Shown: positions 9,244 through 17,864 of the stretch, in pieces | How the letters are laid out: the number at the start of each line of letters is the position of its first letter | Position numbering within the stretch: the stretch's first letter is position 1 | Assembly: GCA_017510065.1 (NCBI GenBank) | Contig: JAFWOB010000184.1 | Span: 4,671-68,670 of the forward strand | DNA length: 64,000 nucleotides | Direction of reading: 5' to 3' | Source of the DNA: Parasporobacterium sp. | GTDB lineage: Bacteria > Bacillota > Clostridia > Lachnospirales > Lachnospiraceae | Translations under genes and position numbers: made by a program | Notes under the pieces: model-generated | What the model was told of the DNA's origin: nothing | Database searches by the model: none | Seen by the model: the letters and a program-made list of their open reading frames with translations, nothing else

Positions 9244-10527
9244 CTATACAGTTTTAGCGGTATTGGGTTTTTTAATGAACAGGGCAATGATCCCGGCCAG
9301 CACACAGATCACAGCCACGCCGGCTAAGACGATGATATACGCTCCGGAATTGGTCATGCCTCCGGCCATCAGATGTCCCTGCACTGCCTGCACCAGCTTT
9401 GTTCCAAAGGAAGCGATCATAAGATTCATGGTCATGATCGGCAGGTTCTGACCATAGTTTCGTGACCCGTAAAACTTATTGACGAAGGCTGACTGGCTCG
9501 GTGTAACTCCGCCATAGGAAAGACCTGTTGCAATGTATGCGATGATCAGGACCAGCCGGCTGCCGGTTATCATAGCCAGGATAATGATGCCTATGGAAAT
9601 AATGAACATACCGCAGACAATGACCAGGGTTGCCTTATATCCGATCTTGTCGAACATACCGCCGAAAATGATACGGCCGATACCGTTGAAAATAGAGATC
9701 AGTCCAACGATAATGGCAAGAAGGCTGGCGTTGTCGTTCAGCGCCGGAACAGCAGCTGTGGCGATCGGCGTTCCGAGGAATACCACGGCAAGACCGGCAA
9801 CCGATGTCAGGATCGCCCAGGCAAACATCATCCAGAAACTTGTCCTTTTCACCATCTCAGAAGTAGTGACATCTTCAAATGGTGCCGTTGTGTTTTTACG
9901 TTTCTTCCCTTCTTTCGACGTCGGTGCGATAAAGTCCAGTCCTGGTTTCTTTAAGATCAGTGCGCCGATCGTGATGAAAACAAAGCAGCCGATGCCGATC
10001 GCCAGGAAGCAGATATACCAGGGAATACCGCCCTTTCCGTCCATCTGATCTACATTTGACGCATATAACAGACCCATGACAAACGCACTGATACCGAACC
10101 CCATAAGCAGGATCCCGGAGATCAGACCCTGTTTGTCCGGGAACCAACCGGAAACAGCACTTAAGACTGCGTTATACGCAAGTCCGGCGCCGAGTCCTCC
10201 CAGCAAGCCGAAGCCCAGATAAATGATCACGATCGATCCGGTCAGATTCCCGACCAGGCCTGATATGAGAAAACCGGCAACCATCAAAATGGCAGAGATC
10301 ACAAGGTTCAGTTTTACATTGAAACCTTTTTTCTGCATCTGTCCGCCGAAAAATCCGCCCAGGCAGAAAAATGCCATAACGATTGTGGATGTCCATGTGA
10401 GAGCGTCCTGGCTCCAAAGGTTCGCCAGCGGTTTTGAGAAGGTTGTCCAGGCATAGACAAGTCCTGCAAATAACAGAACCAACACACCCATGACAGCATA
10501 AATAGAACGGGGTAAAGCTTTTTTCAT
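9244..10527 (-). CDS. MFS transporter (oxalate/formate antiporter-like family)
   Basis: 427 aa and highly hydrophobic, with about 12 helices. The N-terminus MKKALPRSIYAVMGVLVLLFAGLVYAWTTFSKPL is typical of OFA-family MFS proteins. Confidence 0.8.
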   Translation of the reverse strand: MKKALPRSIYAVMGVLVLLFAGLVYAWTTFSKPLANLWSQDALTWTSTIVMAFFCLGGFFGGQMQKKGFNVKLNLVISAILMVAGFLISGLVGNLTGSIVIIYLGFGLLGGLGAGLAYNAVLSAVSGWFPDKQGLISGILLMGFGISAFVMGLLYASNVDQMDGKGGIPWYICFLAIGIGCFVFITIGALILKKPGLDFIAPTSKEGKKRKNTTAPFEDVTTSEMVKRTSFWMMFAWAILTSVAGLAVVFLGTPIATAAVPALNDNASLLAIIVGLISIFNGIGRIIFGGMFDKIGYKATLVIVCGMFIISIGIIILAMITGSRLVLIIAYIATGLSYGGVTPSQSAFVNKFYGSRNYGQNLPIMTMNLMIASFGTKLVQAVQGHLMAGGMTNSGAYIIVLAGVAVICVLAGIIALFIKKPNTAKTV

Positions 10528-10711
10528 AGTTCTTTCTGATCCTTACTGCTAAATATCAATTGCATATAATTTTAACATATCTTTCCGCAGATGTCACATG
10601 CAATTGCACGGCGCTGCAACGCATTTACCGATACAATTCGGATCTTTTATGGTATGATGATCTCATCCTGTTCTGTAAGGCGCAGAGAAGAAAACATAAC
10701 GGAGGCTTATC

Positions 10712-11122
10712 ATGCTGAAAGATCTGATTGAAAAATACTATTTCACAGGCAACTATAATTGCGCGGAAACAGTCCTTCATGCAGCCAATGAATACTACGG
10801 GCTGGAACTTCCGGAGCGGGAGATGAAACTGGTCTCCGGATTCGGTGCCGGTATGCAGACCGGAAATGTCTGCGGCGCCCTTCTTGCGGCGATCAGTGTC
10901 CTTTCCCTCAGGTATGTGGAAACAAAAGCCCATGAAAGCGCTGCGATCAAGCCAACTGCGACACTGCTGACCGAAAAATTCATGGATGCCCTGAACGGCA
11001 GCCTGCTGTGCCGGGAGATAAAACCTGCCTATTTCCGGGAGGAGGTCCGCTGCCTTGCAACCGTGCAGGCAGCCTGCGATGTCATCGAGCAGACGATCCG
11101 GGAATACGAAGAAACAAAATAG
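10712..11122 (+). CDS. C_GCAxxG_C_C family redox-active protein
   Basis: 136 aa. Contains YNCAETVLHAA...GNVCGALLAA (the C-GCAxxG-C-C pattern). SD is ACGGAGG. Confidence 0.85.
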   Translation: MLKDLIEKYYFTGNYNCAETVLHAANEYYGLELPEREMKLVSGFGAGMQTGNVCGALLAAISVLSLRYVETKAHESAAIKPTATLLTEKFMDALNGSLLCREIKPAYFREEVRCLATVQAACDVIEQTIREYEETK

Positions 11123-11155
11123 GAAGTTTCGGAACAAAAGCTCCCGGATTCATCC

Positions 11156-11184
11156 TTGACTTTGCATGGGTAAACTGATAAAGT
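11156..11184 (+). promoter_or_regulatory. promoter of the aroF-tyrA leader
   Basis: TTGACT (11156-61), 17-nt spacer, TAAAGT (11179-84). Confidence 0.5.
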
Positions 11185-11212
11185 AGCTTTCAAACAGAAA
11201 GGACTGCTCAGC

Positions 11213-11281
11213 ATGAAGAAGAACTTCACCTATCGCGCATATTATTATCATACCTGTCGGGGCGGTCAGGCTGTTTTGTAA
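11213..11281 (+). CDS. candidate Tyr-rich leader peptide (22 aa) of the aroF-tyrA operon
   Basis: Read directly from the DNA: atg aag aag aac ttc acc tat cgc gca tat tat tat cat acc tgt cgg ggc ggt cag gct gtt ttg taa, giving MKKNFTYRAYYYHTCRGGQAVL. SD GAAAGGA lies 9 nt upstream. A terminator follows 27 nt after the stop. Confidence 0.45.
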   Translation: MKKNFTYRAYYYHTCRGGQAVL

Positions 11282-11307
11282 TGCGCAGAGTGAGATCAGA
11301 AGATCCG

Positions 11308-11340
11308 CGGCACAGGTACAGCAGCCTGTGCCGTTTTTAT
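11308..11340 (+). terminator. leader (attenuator) terminator upstream of aroF
   Basis: CGGCACAGG-tacagcag-CCTGTGCCG followed by TTTTTAT, 42 nt before the aroF ATG. Confidence 0.7.
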
Positions 11341-11382
11341 ATTCTATGCTGGAGAATCTGAAAACAGATAAGGAGAACTGCA

Positions 11383-12399
11383 ATGATCGTTGTATTAAAA
11401 CACGGAACACCGGATGACAAACGTGACCAGCTCATCGAATGGATCAAAGGACAGGGACTGGAAGTCCATATGTCCATAGGAAAAAACCAGACCATCCTCG
11501 GAATGGTAGGCGATACCGGGAGTATTGACAAGGACCTGATCGCATGCCTTGATATCGTAGATTCAGTCAAGACGGTGACGGATCCCTTTAAGCTCTGCAA
11601 CCGCAAATTCCATCCTGCCCCTTCCGTTGTAAATGTAAGCGGCGTTCCCATCGGTGCAGGCCATTTTGCCATGATCGCGGGTCCCTGTTCAGTGGAATCG
11701 GAAGAACAGATCATCGAGGTGGCAAAAGCTGTCAAGGCCTCCGGCGCCAATTTGCTGCGGGGCGGCGCATTCAAGCCCCGGACTTCTCCCTATGATTTTC
11801 AGGGACTGAAAGCAGACGGACTGGAACTTCTGAAAATTGCCCGGGAAGAAACCGGCCTTCCCATCGTCTCCGAAGTCATGGGAGCCGAACAGCTCCCCTT
11901 GTTTGAAGACATTGACATGATACAGATCGGTGCCCGGAATATGCAGAACTTCAACCTTCTCCGGGAGATCGGCAAGCTCAATAAACCCGTTCTCCTGAAA
12001 CGAGGACTTTCCAACACGCTGAAGGAACTGCTGATGAGTGCTGAATACATCATGGCCGGCGGTAATGAGCAGGTGGTCCTGTGCGAGAGAGGCATCCGTA
12101 CTTTCAGTGATTATACCCGGAACACCCTGGATCTGGCCGCTGTTCCCATGCTCCATAAACTGACCCACCTTCCGGTGATCGTAGATCCCAGCCATTCCAC
12201 AGGAATGTCCGATCTGGTCTGTCCGATGGCAGTTGCCGCTGCGGCCTGCGGAGCGGACGGTCTGATGATCGAAGTGCATAACGACCCTATGCACGCTCTC
12301 TGTGACGGTGCCCAGTCCCTGAAGCCGGAAGATTATGCAGATGTAGCGCGTAAAGTATTTGCCATCCGGGATATCATGACAAAACCGGCAGCAATCTGA
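11383..12399 (+). CDS. aroF: 3-deoxy-7-phosphoheptulonate (DAHP) synthase, type I-beta with an N-terminal ferredoxin-like/ACT-like regulatory domain
   Basis: 338 aa. The N-terminal ~70 aa ([25 protein letters not shown]...) is followed by the KDO8P/DAHP synthase barrel ([26 protein letters not shown]). Confidence 0.9.
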   Translation: MIVVLKHGTPDDKRDQLIEWIKGQGLEVHMSIGKNQTILGMVGDTGSIDKDLIACLDIVDSVKTVTDPFKLCNRKFHPAPSVVNVSGVPIGAGHFAMIAGPCSVESEEQIIEVAKAVKASGANLLRGGAFKPRTSPYDFQGLKADGLELLKIAREETGLPIVSEVMGAEQLPLFEDIDMIQIGARNMQNFNLLREIGKLNKPVLLKRGLSNTLKELLMSAEYIMAGGNEQVVLCERGIRTFSDYTRNTLDLAAVPMLHKLTHLPVIVDPSHSTGMSDLVCPMAVAAAACGADGLMIEVHNDPMHALCDGAQSLKPEDYADVARKVFAIRDIMTKPAAI

Positions 12400-12419
12400 A
12401 AGGAAAGGAAGAAACCCCT

Positions 12420-13253
12420 ATGACAGCAGGAATCGTCGGGCTTGGCCTGATCGGCGGATCATTTGCCAAAGCTTATCACAAAAAAGGAGAACGGGTTCTG
12501 GCATTCAACCGGAGCCGGGAGGTTGTGGACTTTGCCATGATCAACGGAGACGTGGATGCCGTCCTCACGAAAGACAACGTGTCCGAATGTGATATTATCA
12601 TCATCTGTATCTATCCGGAAGCGGCAGCGCAGTATCTTGCATCCATAGCGCCATATATCCGCAAGGATACCATCGTCATCGACTCCTGCGGTACCAAGCG
12701 CAAAATCTGCAGCCTGTGCTTCCCCATCGCACAGCAGTACGGTTTTACCTTTGTCGGCGCCCATCCCATGGCAGGCACCAAGTTCTCCGGCTACAAATAC
12801 GCCTATACAGATCTGTTCCGGAACGAACCCATGGTACTCGTTCCTCAGGACCAGGGCGATATCTTCCTTCTCAGCAAGGTGAAGAAACTCCTGGAGCCGG
12901 TCGGTTTCGGGACCTATTCCGTCACAACGGCAGAAGAGCATGACCGGATGATCGCCTTTACCTCCCAGATGGCACATGTGGTTTCCAACGCCTTCATCAA
13001 AAGCCCCACTGCCTCCTTCCACAAGGGGTTTTCCGCAGGCAGTTATAAGGACATGACCCGGGTGGCCTGGCTCAATCCGGAACTCTGGGCAGAACTGTTT
13101 CTGGAAAACCGGGATTTTCTCCTGGAGGAACTGAAGACTCTTTCAGACAGTCTCGGGCAGTACGAAAAAGCGATCCGGGAAAATGATCACGATGAACTGG
13201 TAAGGCTCTTGGAAGAAGGAAGAAAAAGAAAAGAAGAAGTTGACGGGATCTGA
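12420..13253 (+). CDS. tyrA: prephenate dehydrogenase
   Basis: 277 aa. Rossmann motif GIVGLGLIGGSFA and GAHPMAG. Lies 20 nt after aroF. Confidence 0.85.
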   Translation: MTAGIVGLGLIGGSFAKAYHKKGERVLAFNRSREVVDFAMINGDVDAVLTKDNVSECDIIIICIYPEAAAQYLASIAPYIRKDTIVIDSCGTKRKICSLCFPIAQQYGFTFVGAHPMAGTKFSGYKYAYTDLFRNEPMVLVPQDQGDIFLLSKVKKLLEPVGFGTYSVTTAEEHDRMIAFTSQMAHVVSNAFIKSPTASFHKGFSAGSYKDMTRVAWLNPELWAELFLENRDFLLEELKTLSDSLGQYEKAIRENDHDELVRLLEEGRKRKEEVDGI

Positions 13254-13276
13254 AAAACCCGCACCTTTTGAAAAGC

Positions 13277-13327
13277 AAAAAAACAGCCCGTCCGAAGTTT
13301 CTTTACACTTACAGACGGGCTATTTTA
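13277..13327. terminator. bidirectional intrinsic terminator (tyrA on +, orphan transcript on -)
   Basis: AGCCCGTC(13285-92)...GACGGGCT(13314-21), extendable to about 14 bp. It is flanked by AAAAAAA on the + side (= U7 on the minus strand) and followed by ATTTT on the + strand. Confidence 0.8.
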
Positions 13328-13534
13328 CAATTTCCTGAAGTTTCACTATATAACCTCTCTTCCTATTGAATTGTCCTTTGGAAATCTTCTGAATTCCTTT
13401 CTTCTATTCAGTGATTTCCGAGATTTACATTTTCATTGGACCATACCTCTTTTTTCTGCCCGGTTCAAGATCAGAATTTGTTTTTGTCAATTAGCTTAAT
13501 CAGCTTGGATTATTCTTCTTGTTCCGTTCTTTAT
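13277..13534 (-). ncRNA. candidate orphan small RNA (~255 nt), family unknown
   Basis: Bounded by a consensus promoter (13541-13569) and the U7 terminator. No ORF longer than about 20 codons has a credible SD. Purine-rich with many GGA motifs. Contains a 13-bp hairpin GGAAAUC-A-CUGAAU / AUUCAG-AA-GAUUUCC with AAGGA in its loop (about 13375-13420). Confidence 0.45.
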
Positions 13535-13540
13535 GTCCAT

Positions 13541-13569
13541 ATTATACAAATGAAGCCTTATAGTGTCAA
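13541..13569 (-). promoter_or_regulatory. consensus sigma-A promoter with no downstream gene
   Basis: Minus strand: TTGACA (13569-64), exactly 17 nt, TATAAT (13546-41). Confidence 0.65.
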
Positions 13570-13618
13570 TATTATTTGTGCACTTTAAAAATACAATTGT
13601 ACAAATATTTATACAATC

Positions 13619-14119
13619 TTAGTTCGAAGTTCCGCAATCTGCCGATCCTTCCGAATACAGCATCTGAAGTCCGTGCTCCAGGCTGTCCAGCACAGCCAGA
13701 AGATTTTCCCTGGCTGCCTTTTCACTTCCCGGCAGGTTGATGATCAGGGACCTTCCCCTGATCCCGGCGGCACTTCTGGAAAGGCATCCCCGCGGCGTGA
13801 TCTTCATACTTTCTACCCGCATCAGCTCGGGAATCCCGGGCGTTTCCCGCTCGATCACCGCTTTTGTTGCTTCCGGCGTGACATCTCTCGGGGAAAAGCC
13901 GGTTCCCCCGGTGGTCAGCACCAGTGAGACCTTTCGTTCATCACAGCACCTGATCAGTTCGTCTTTGATCTGTTCCATCTCATCCGGAATGATGGCAGTA
14001 CAGACCACCTGGTAGCCGTGTTCGCTCACCAGTTTTTCAAGCATCGGCCCGCTGGTATCCACTCTCTCTCCTCTGGATCCTTTGTCACTGACTGTTATCA
14101 CTGCCGCTGTATAGTTCAT
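13619..14119 (-). CDS. mogA: MogA/MoaB-family molybdenum cofactor biosynthesis protein
   Basis: Start moved to ATG 14119 (MNYTAAVITVSDKGSRGERVDTSGP...). Contains TTGGTGFSPRDVTPEA. About 166 aa. Confidence 0.8.
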   Translation of the reverse strand: MNYTAAVITVSDKGSRGERVDTSGPMLEKLVSEHGYQVVCTAIIPDEMEQIKDELIRCCDERKVSLVLTTGGTGFSPRDVTPEATKAVIERETPGIPELMRVESMKITPRGCLSRSAAGIRGRSLIINLPGSEKAARENLLAVLDSLEHGLQMLYSEGSADCGTSN

Positions 14120-14139
14120 CTTCGTTCCTTTCCGCGCTG

Positions 14140-14634
14140 TTAAAGAAGCACGCGTCTTTTGTATTCTCCGTGTACGCCGCCGGTCTTTTCCTCCAGCCGG
14201 ATCTGGGAGATCACCATATCCTTCTGCACTGCCTTGCACATGTCATACACATTCAGAGCCGCGATACTGACTGCTGTCAAAGCTTCCATCTCCACGCCCG
14301 TCTTTCCACTGCAGGATACCCTGGCTGTGATCTTTACTGCACATTCTTCTTCGTCCAGTTCCAGGGAAAGGTCCGTGCCGTCGATCTGTACCGGATGGCA
14401 CATGGCGATCACCTCCGGGGTTTTCTTTGCGCCCATGATCCCTGCCACCTGGGCAACCGTCAGCACATCGCCCTTCTTCATTCCGCCGCTTTTGATCAGC
14501 TCCATCGTTTCACGGCTGACCAGCACTTTCCCAGTAGCGACGGCAGCTCTCCGGGTTACGTCTTTCTCCCCTACATTGACCATCCTGGCTCTGCCCTGTT
14601 CATTAAAATGTGTGAAATCCTTTTCTGTTTCCAT
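14140..14634 (-). CDS. moaC: cyclic pyranopterin monophosphate synthase accessory protein MoaC
   Basis: 164 aa. Contains MVNVGEKDVTRR...KKGDVLTVAQVAGIMGAKKT...MCHP...GVEMEALTA. Confidence 0.9.
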   Translation of the reverse strand: METEKDFTHFNEQGRARMVNVGEKDVTRRAAVATGKVLVSRETMELIKSGGMKKGDVLTVAQVAGIMGAKKTPEVIAMCHPVQIDGTDLSLELDEEECAVKITARVSCSGKTGVEMEALTAVSIAALNVYDMCKAVQKDMVISQIRLEEKTGGVHGEYKRRVLL

Positions 14635-14638
14635 GTTC

Positions 14639-15592
14639 TCACCCGCCGATCTGATTCATGTTCCTGCCTGCATGGCTGCGGTTTTCAGAAGAAAGCTCCC
14701 CGTGCCACTCCGGTTTTGCCGCCACTGCCTTTTTGATCTGGGCGATCATCTGCTCTTCATCCATACCTTTGATGGAATACTCTGCCTCCCTGTGCAGGCA
14801 TGGCTTGATCTGCCCGTCCGCCGTGATCCGGATCCGGTTGCAGGTTCCGCAGAAATGCCTGCTCAGGGGATTGATGAGGCCTATGTTGCCCTGAGCGCCG
14901 GGAAGATGATATAGCCTTGCCACCCCGCCGTCCTGCGGGATTTCGGAAAGCTGCGGCAGTATCTCCAGCACTTTCTGTCCCGGAACATAAGCGGAAGGTC
15001 CGAATTCACCGCTGTCATACATGGGCATCAGTTCAATAAACCTCACATCCACCGGATATTTCACCGTCAATTCGGCCATAGAGGGGATCTCATCGTCATT
15101 GAATCCGCCGATCAGTACCGCATTGATCTTGATCTTGTCAAATCCTGCGTCGACTGCTGCCTCAATACCTGCCAGAGCCTCATCGAAATGACCCCGCCGG
15201 GTAATATAATGGTATTTATCCTCATCCAGGGTATCCAGGCTGATGTTGATCCTTTTTACCCCTGCGGCTTTCAGATCCTTTGCCAGTCCGGGAAGAAGGG
15301 TTCCGTTTGTGGTAATGCAGACATCCTCGATCCCGGAAACAGCCGCTGCTCTCTCGCAAATAGAAAGGATATTTTTCTTGACCAGCGGTTCCCCGCCCGT
15401 GATCCGGAGCTTATGAATCCCGAGAGAGGCTGCTGCTTTCACGGCACAGATCATTTCTTCTTCTGTCAGCATCTCCGAATGGTCTTTTTTGCAGATCCCG
15501 TCTTCGGGCATGCAGTACCGGCACCGCAGGTTGCAGAGTTCTGTCACTGACAGACGCAGATATGAAATTGTTCTTCCGTATTGATCGATCAT
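14639..15592 (-). CDS. moaA: GTP 3',8-cyclase MoaA (radical SAM)
   Basis: 317 aa. CNLRCRYCMP radical-SAM cluster motif and the C-terminal CGTCNRIRITADG motif. Confidence 0.9.
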   Translation of the reverse strand: MIDQYGRTISYLRLSVTELCNLRCRYCMPEDGICKKDHSEMLTEEEMICAVKAAASLGIHKLRITGGEPLVKKNILSICERAAAVSGIEDVCITTNGTLLPGLAKDLKAAGVKRINISLDTLDEDKYHYITRRGHFDEALAGIEAAVDAGFDKIKINAVLIGGFNDDEIPSMAELTVKYPVDVRFIELMPMYDSGEFGPSAYVPGQKVLEILPQLSEIPQDGGVARLYHLPGAQGNIGLINPLSRHFCGTCNRIRITADGQIKPCLHREAEYSIKGMDEEQMIAQIKKAVAAKPEWHGELSSENRSHAGRNMNQIGG

Positions 15593-16608
15593 CAGTATCT
15601 CCCGAAGGTGCAGTTGGGGAAATGACAGACCTTACACTGTTGGCACAGGCCTCCGTCCCCGAGTCTAACAAGATCTTCTTTCGTAAATCTGACTCCCGCA
15701 AAGATCTGCGGAAGCAGCACATCAAACATGGTGGTGGAAAGACTAATGGCAGCTCCCGGTACTCCCAGGATCGCCGTATCCCCCAGATATCCCACCAGTG
15801 TCATATTGCCCGGCTGGGAAGGCACGCCATGGGAAATGATCTGTGCTCCCAGTTTCCGGATGGCAGTAGGCGTCAGGTCATCCGGATCCACCGACATGCC
15901 TCCGGTAAAGATCAGGAAATCCGCCCCCTGATCCAGGTATCCCTTTGCTGCCGCAACGATCATCTCCAGGTCATCGTCACAGATACTCACTCCCAGGATC
16001 TGCGATGGATAGGCTTTCATCTTGGCTCTCACCACCGGTTCGAATTTATCTTCGATCCTGCCGGAATAGACTTCCGACCCTGTTATGATAACACCGATCG
16101 TTCTATTCTGAAAGGGAAGAAGATCAAACAGTTTTCTCTTGCTGCACAGCTCTTCCGCCTTAAGGATCTGCTCTTCCCTGGTGGTCAGGGGAACGATCCG
16201 CATCGATGCGATCCGGGCTCCTGCTTCCACCGGATAATGATCCGGCAGGCAGCTGATCGTAATATCGCCGATGGAATTAATTTCTTCCAGCAGTTTTGTA
16301 TCGACCCGGAACATGCCCCGGATATCCGCCATCAGCTGCATCTTCCCTTCCGAAGGGCCTGTATAATGAGCACCTGCTACCGGGGCCATGGCAGCCATCC
16401 TGAGGGCTGCATCCTCTTCATGGATCTCACCTTCTGCATCTTCCCATACAAAAACCGTCTTTTTCCCGATGTCCAGAAGGGCCGGGACGTCTTCCTTTGT
16501 GATAACATGTCCCCGTTTGAAGGCAGCTCCCTTAAAGCCGTCCCGCATCGCGGTAATGTCATGACACAGTTCCATTCCGATGGCTTCTTCAACCGTTACT
16601 TTTTTCAT
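15592..16608 (-). CDS. molybdopterin-binding (MoCF_BD/MoeA-domain-III-like) protein of unknown role, with a C-terminal Cys motif
   Basis: 338 aa. Contains GVIITGSEV...FTGGMSVDPDDLT (MoCF-binding fold) and ends in CQQCKVCHFPNC. Its stop overlaps the moaA start by 1 nt. Confidence 0.7.
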   Translation of the reverse strand: MKKVTVEEAIGMELCHDITAMRDGFKGAAFKRGHVITKEDVPALLDIGKKTVFVWEDAEGEIHEEDAALRMAAMAPVAGAHYTGPSEGKMQLMADIRGMFRVDTKLLEEINSIGDITISCLPDHYPVEAGARIASMRIVPLTTREEQILKAEELCSKRKLFDLLPFQNRTIGVIITGSEVYSGRIEDKFEPVVRAKMKAYPSQILGVSICDDDLEMIVAAAKGYLDQGADFLIFTGGMSVDPDDLTPTAIRKLGAQIISHGVPSQPGNMTLVGYLGDTAILGVPGAAISLSTTMFDVLLPQIFAGVRFTKEDLVRLGDGGLCQQCKVCHFPNCTFGRY

Positions 16609-16629
16609 ATTCTATCCTTATCTGCTGTA

Positions 16630-17850
16630 TTATATCTGGAATCCGTCCAGCACTGTACCTGCTTCCAATTTCCCGGTTCCTGCGGGAACCACTGCCAGGA
16701 CATTGCATCCGATGGAACTTCCGATCATGATATTGCCCTGCCCCTTCGGCAGATGCATGACTGCCTGCCCGTTTTCAATGCTCAGCCTTCCTTTCAGAAG
16801 ACGAACGGTTTTGCTTTTCTTTCCAAATCCTTCCGCCATGGTCACTTTAATGGTATCCGGCATATAAAACATCAATCCTGTCATTTTTCGCACTGCCGGA
16901 CGCAGGACTGTATAATAATTAAGAATGGAAGAAGACGGATTACCGGATAATGCACATACTGCCTTTCCATCCTTCATTCCATAACAGCATGCCATCCCGG
17001 GCTTCAGATCCACCCCGTGGATCAGGATCTCACACCCCGCAGCCTCCATGGCCTGCGGCGTCAGATCATAATCCCCTGCGGAGACCCCACCGGTAAGGAC
17101 CACCAGGTCCGTCTCTTCCAGACCTTTACGGATGAGCTCTGCGATTGCGGACACATCGTCGCCTGCCGTTCCGAGATAGACCGGAACACATCCGTCCTTT
17201 TGAAGCGCCGCTCCAATGGTATAGCGGTTGGTATTGCGGATCTTCCCCTCCGGGACCGGCCCTTCCTCCGAAGCTTCCACCAGTTCGCTCCCGGTGGAGA
17301 TCATACCGACCAGCGGCTTTCGAAAAACTACAGGATATCCGATTCCCTGGGCAGCCAGTGTGCCGGCCAGTCCCGCATCGATCACGGTGCCTGCTGCAGC
17401 CAGGATTTCACCTTTTCTGACATCTTCGCCCGCATAGACGATATTGTCCCCGGAAGATGCAGGAGCAAACAATGTGACGGCATCCTCAGTAAATTTCGTT
17501 TTTTCATACATGACAACGGCATCCGCTCCCTGCGGGATCGGCGCGCCCGTCAGGATCTTCGCTGCAGTTCCCGGAACAATGTCCCGGGAAGGAACACTGC
17601 CCGCCGGGATCTCTTCGACCACCCGCAGAGTCACCGGCGTTTTTTCCGAAGCTCCTGCCGAATCCTCCGCCCGAAAGGCATAGCCGTCATAAGGTGATCT
17701 GTCAAACGCCGGCACATTTTCAGACGCCAGCAGATCTCCGGCCAGGATCCTGCCTGCCGCTTCTTCCAACGCTGTTCGTTCTGTTCCGGTTTTCTGTACC
17801 AGAGAGATCAGCAGATCTCTGGCTTCCCGGTAATTCGCATGTTCTGTCAT
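16630..17850 (-). CDS. moeA: molybdopterin molybdenumtransferase MoeA
   Basis: 406 aa. Contains DRSPYDGYA, ISTGSEL and VLTGGVSAGDYD. Confidence 0.85.
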   Translation of the reverse strand: MTEHANYREARDLLISLVQKTGTERTALEEAAGRILAGDLLASENVPAFDRSPYDGYAFRAEDSAGASEKTPVTLRVVEEIPAGSVPSRDIVPGTAAKILTGAPIPQGADAVVMYEKTKFTEDAVTLFAPASSGDNIVYAGEDVRKGEILAAAGTVIDAGLAGTLAAQGIGYPVVFRKPLVGMISTGSELVEASEEGPVPEGKIRNTNRYTIGAALQKDGCVPVYLGTAGDDVSAIAELIRKGLEETDLVVLTGGVSAGDYDLTPQAMEAAGCEILIHGVDLKPGMACCYGMKDGKAVCALSGNPSSSILNYYTVLRPAVRKMTGLMFYMPDTIKVTMAEGFGKKSKTVRLLKGRLSIENGQAVMHLPKGQGNIMIGSSIGCNVLAVVPAGTGKLEAGTVLDGFQI

Positions 17851-17864
17851 ATTCTCGTCCTTTT

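Noticed and set aside
11190-11340. T-box riboswitch upstream of aroF
   Set aside because: The leader is only about 150 nt. It lacks the conserved T-box sequence (..GGUGGUACCGCG..) and specifier-loop architecture. A Tyr-rich small ORF plus alternative helices fits better.
13330-13620. AT-rich gap as a prophage remnant or att site
   Set aside because: There is no integrase, tRNA or direct-repeat boundary. The promoter/terminator pair gives a simpler explanation, an orphan transcript.
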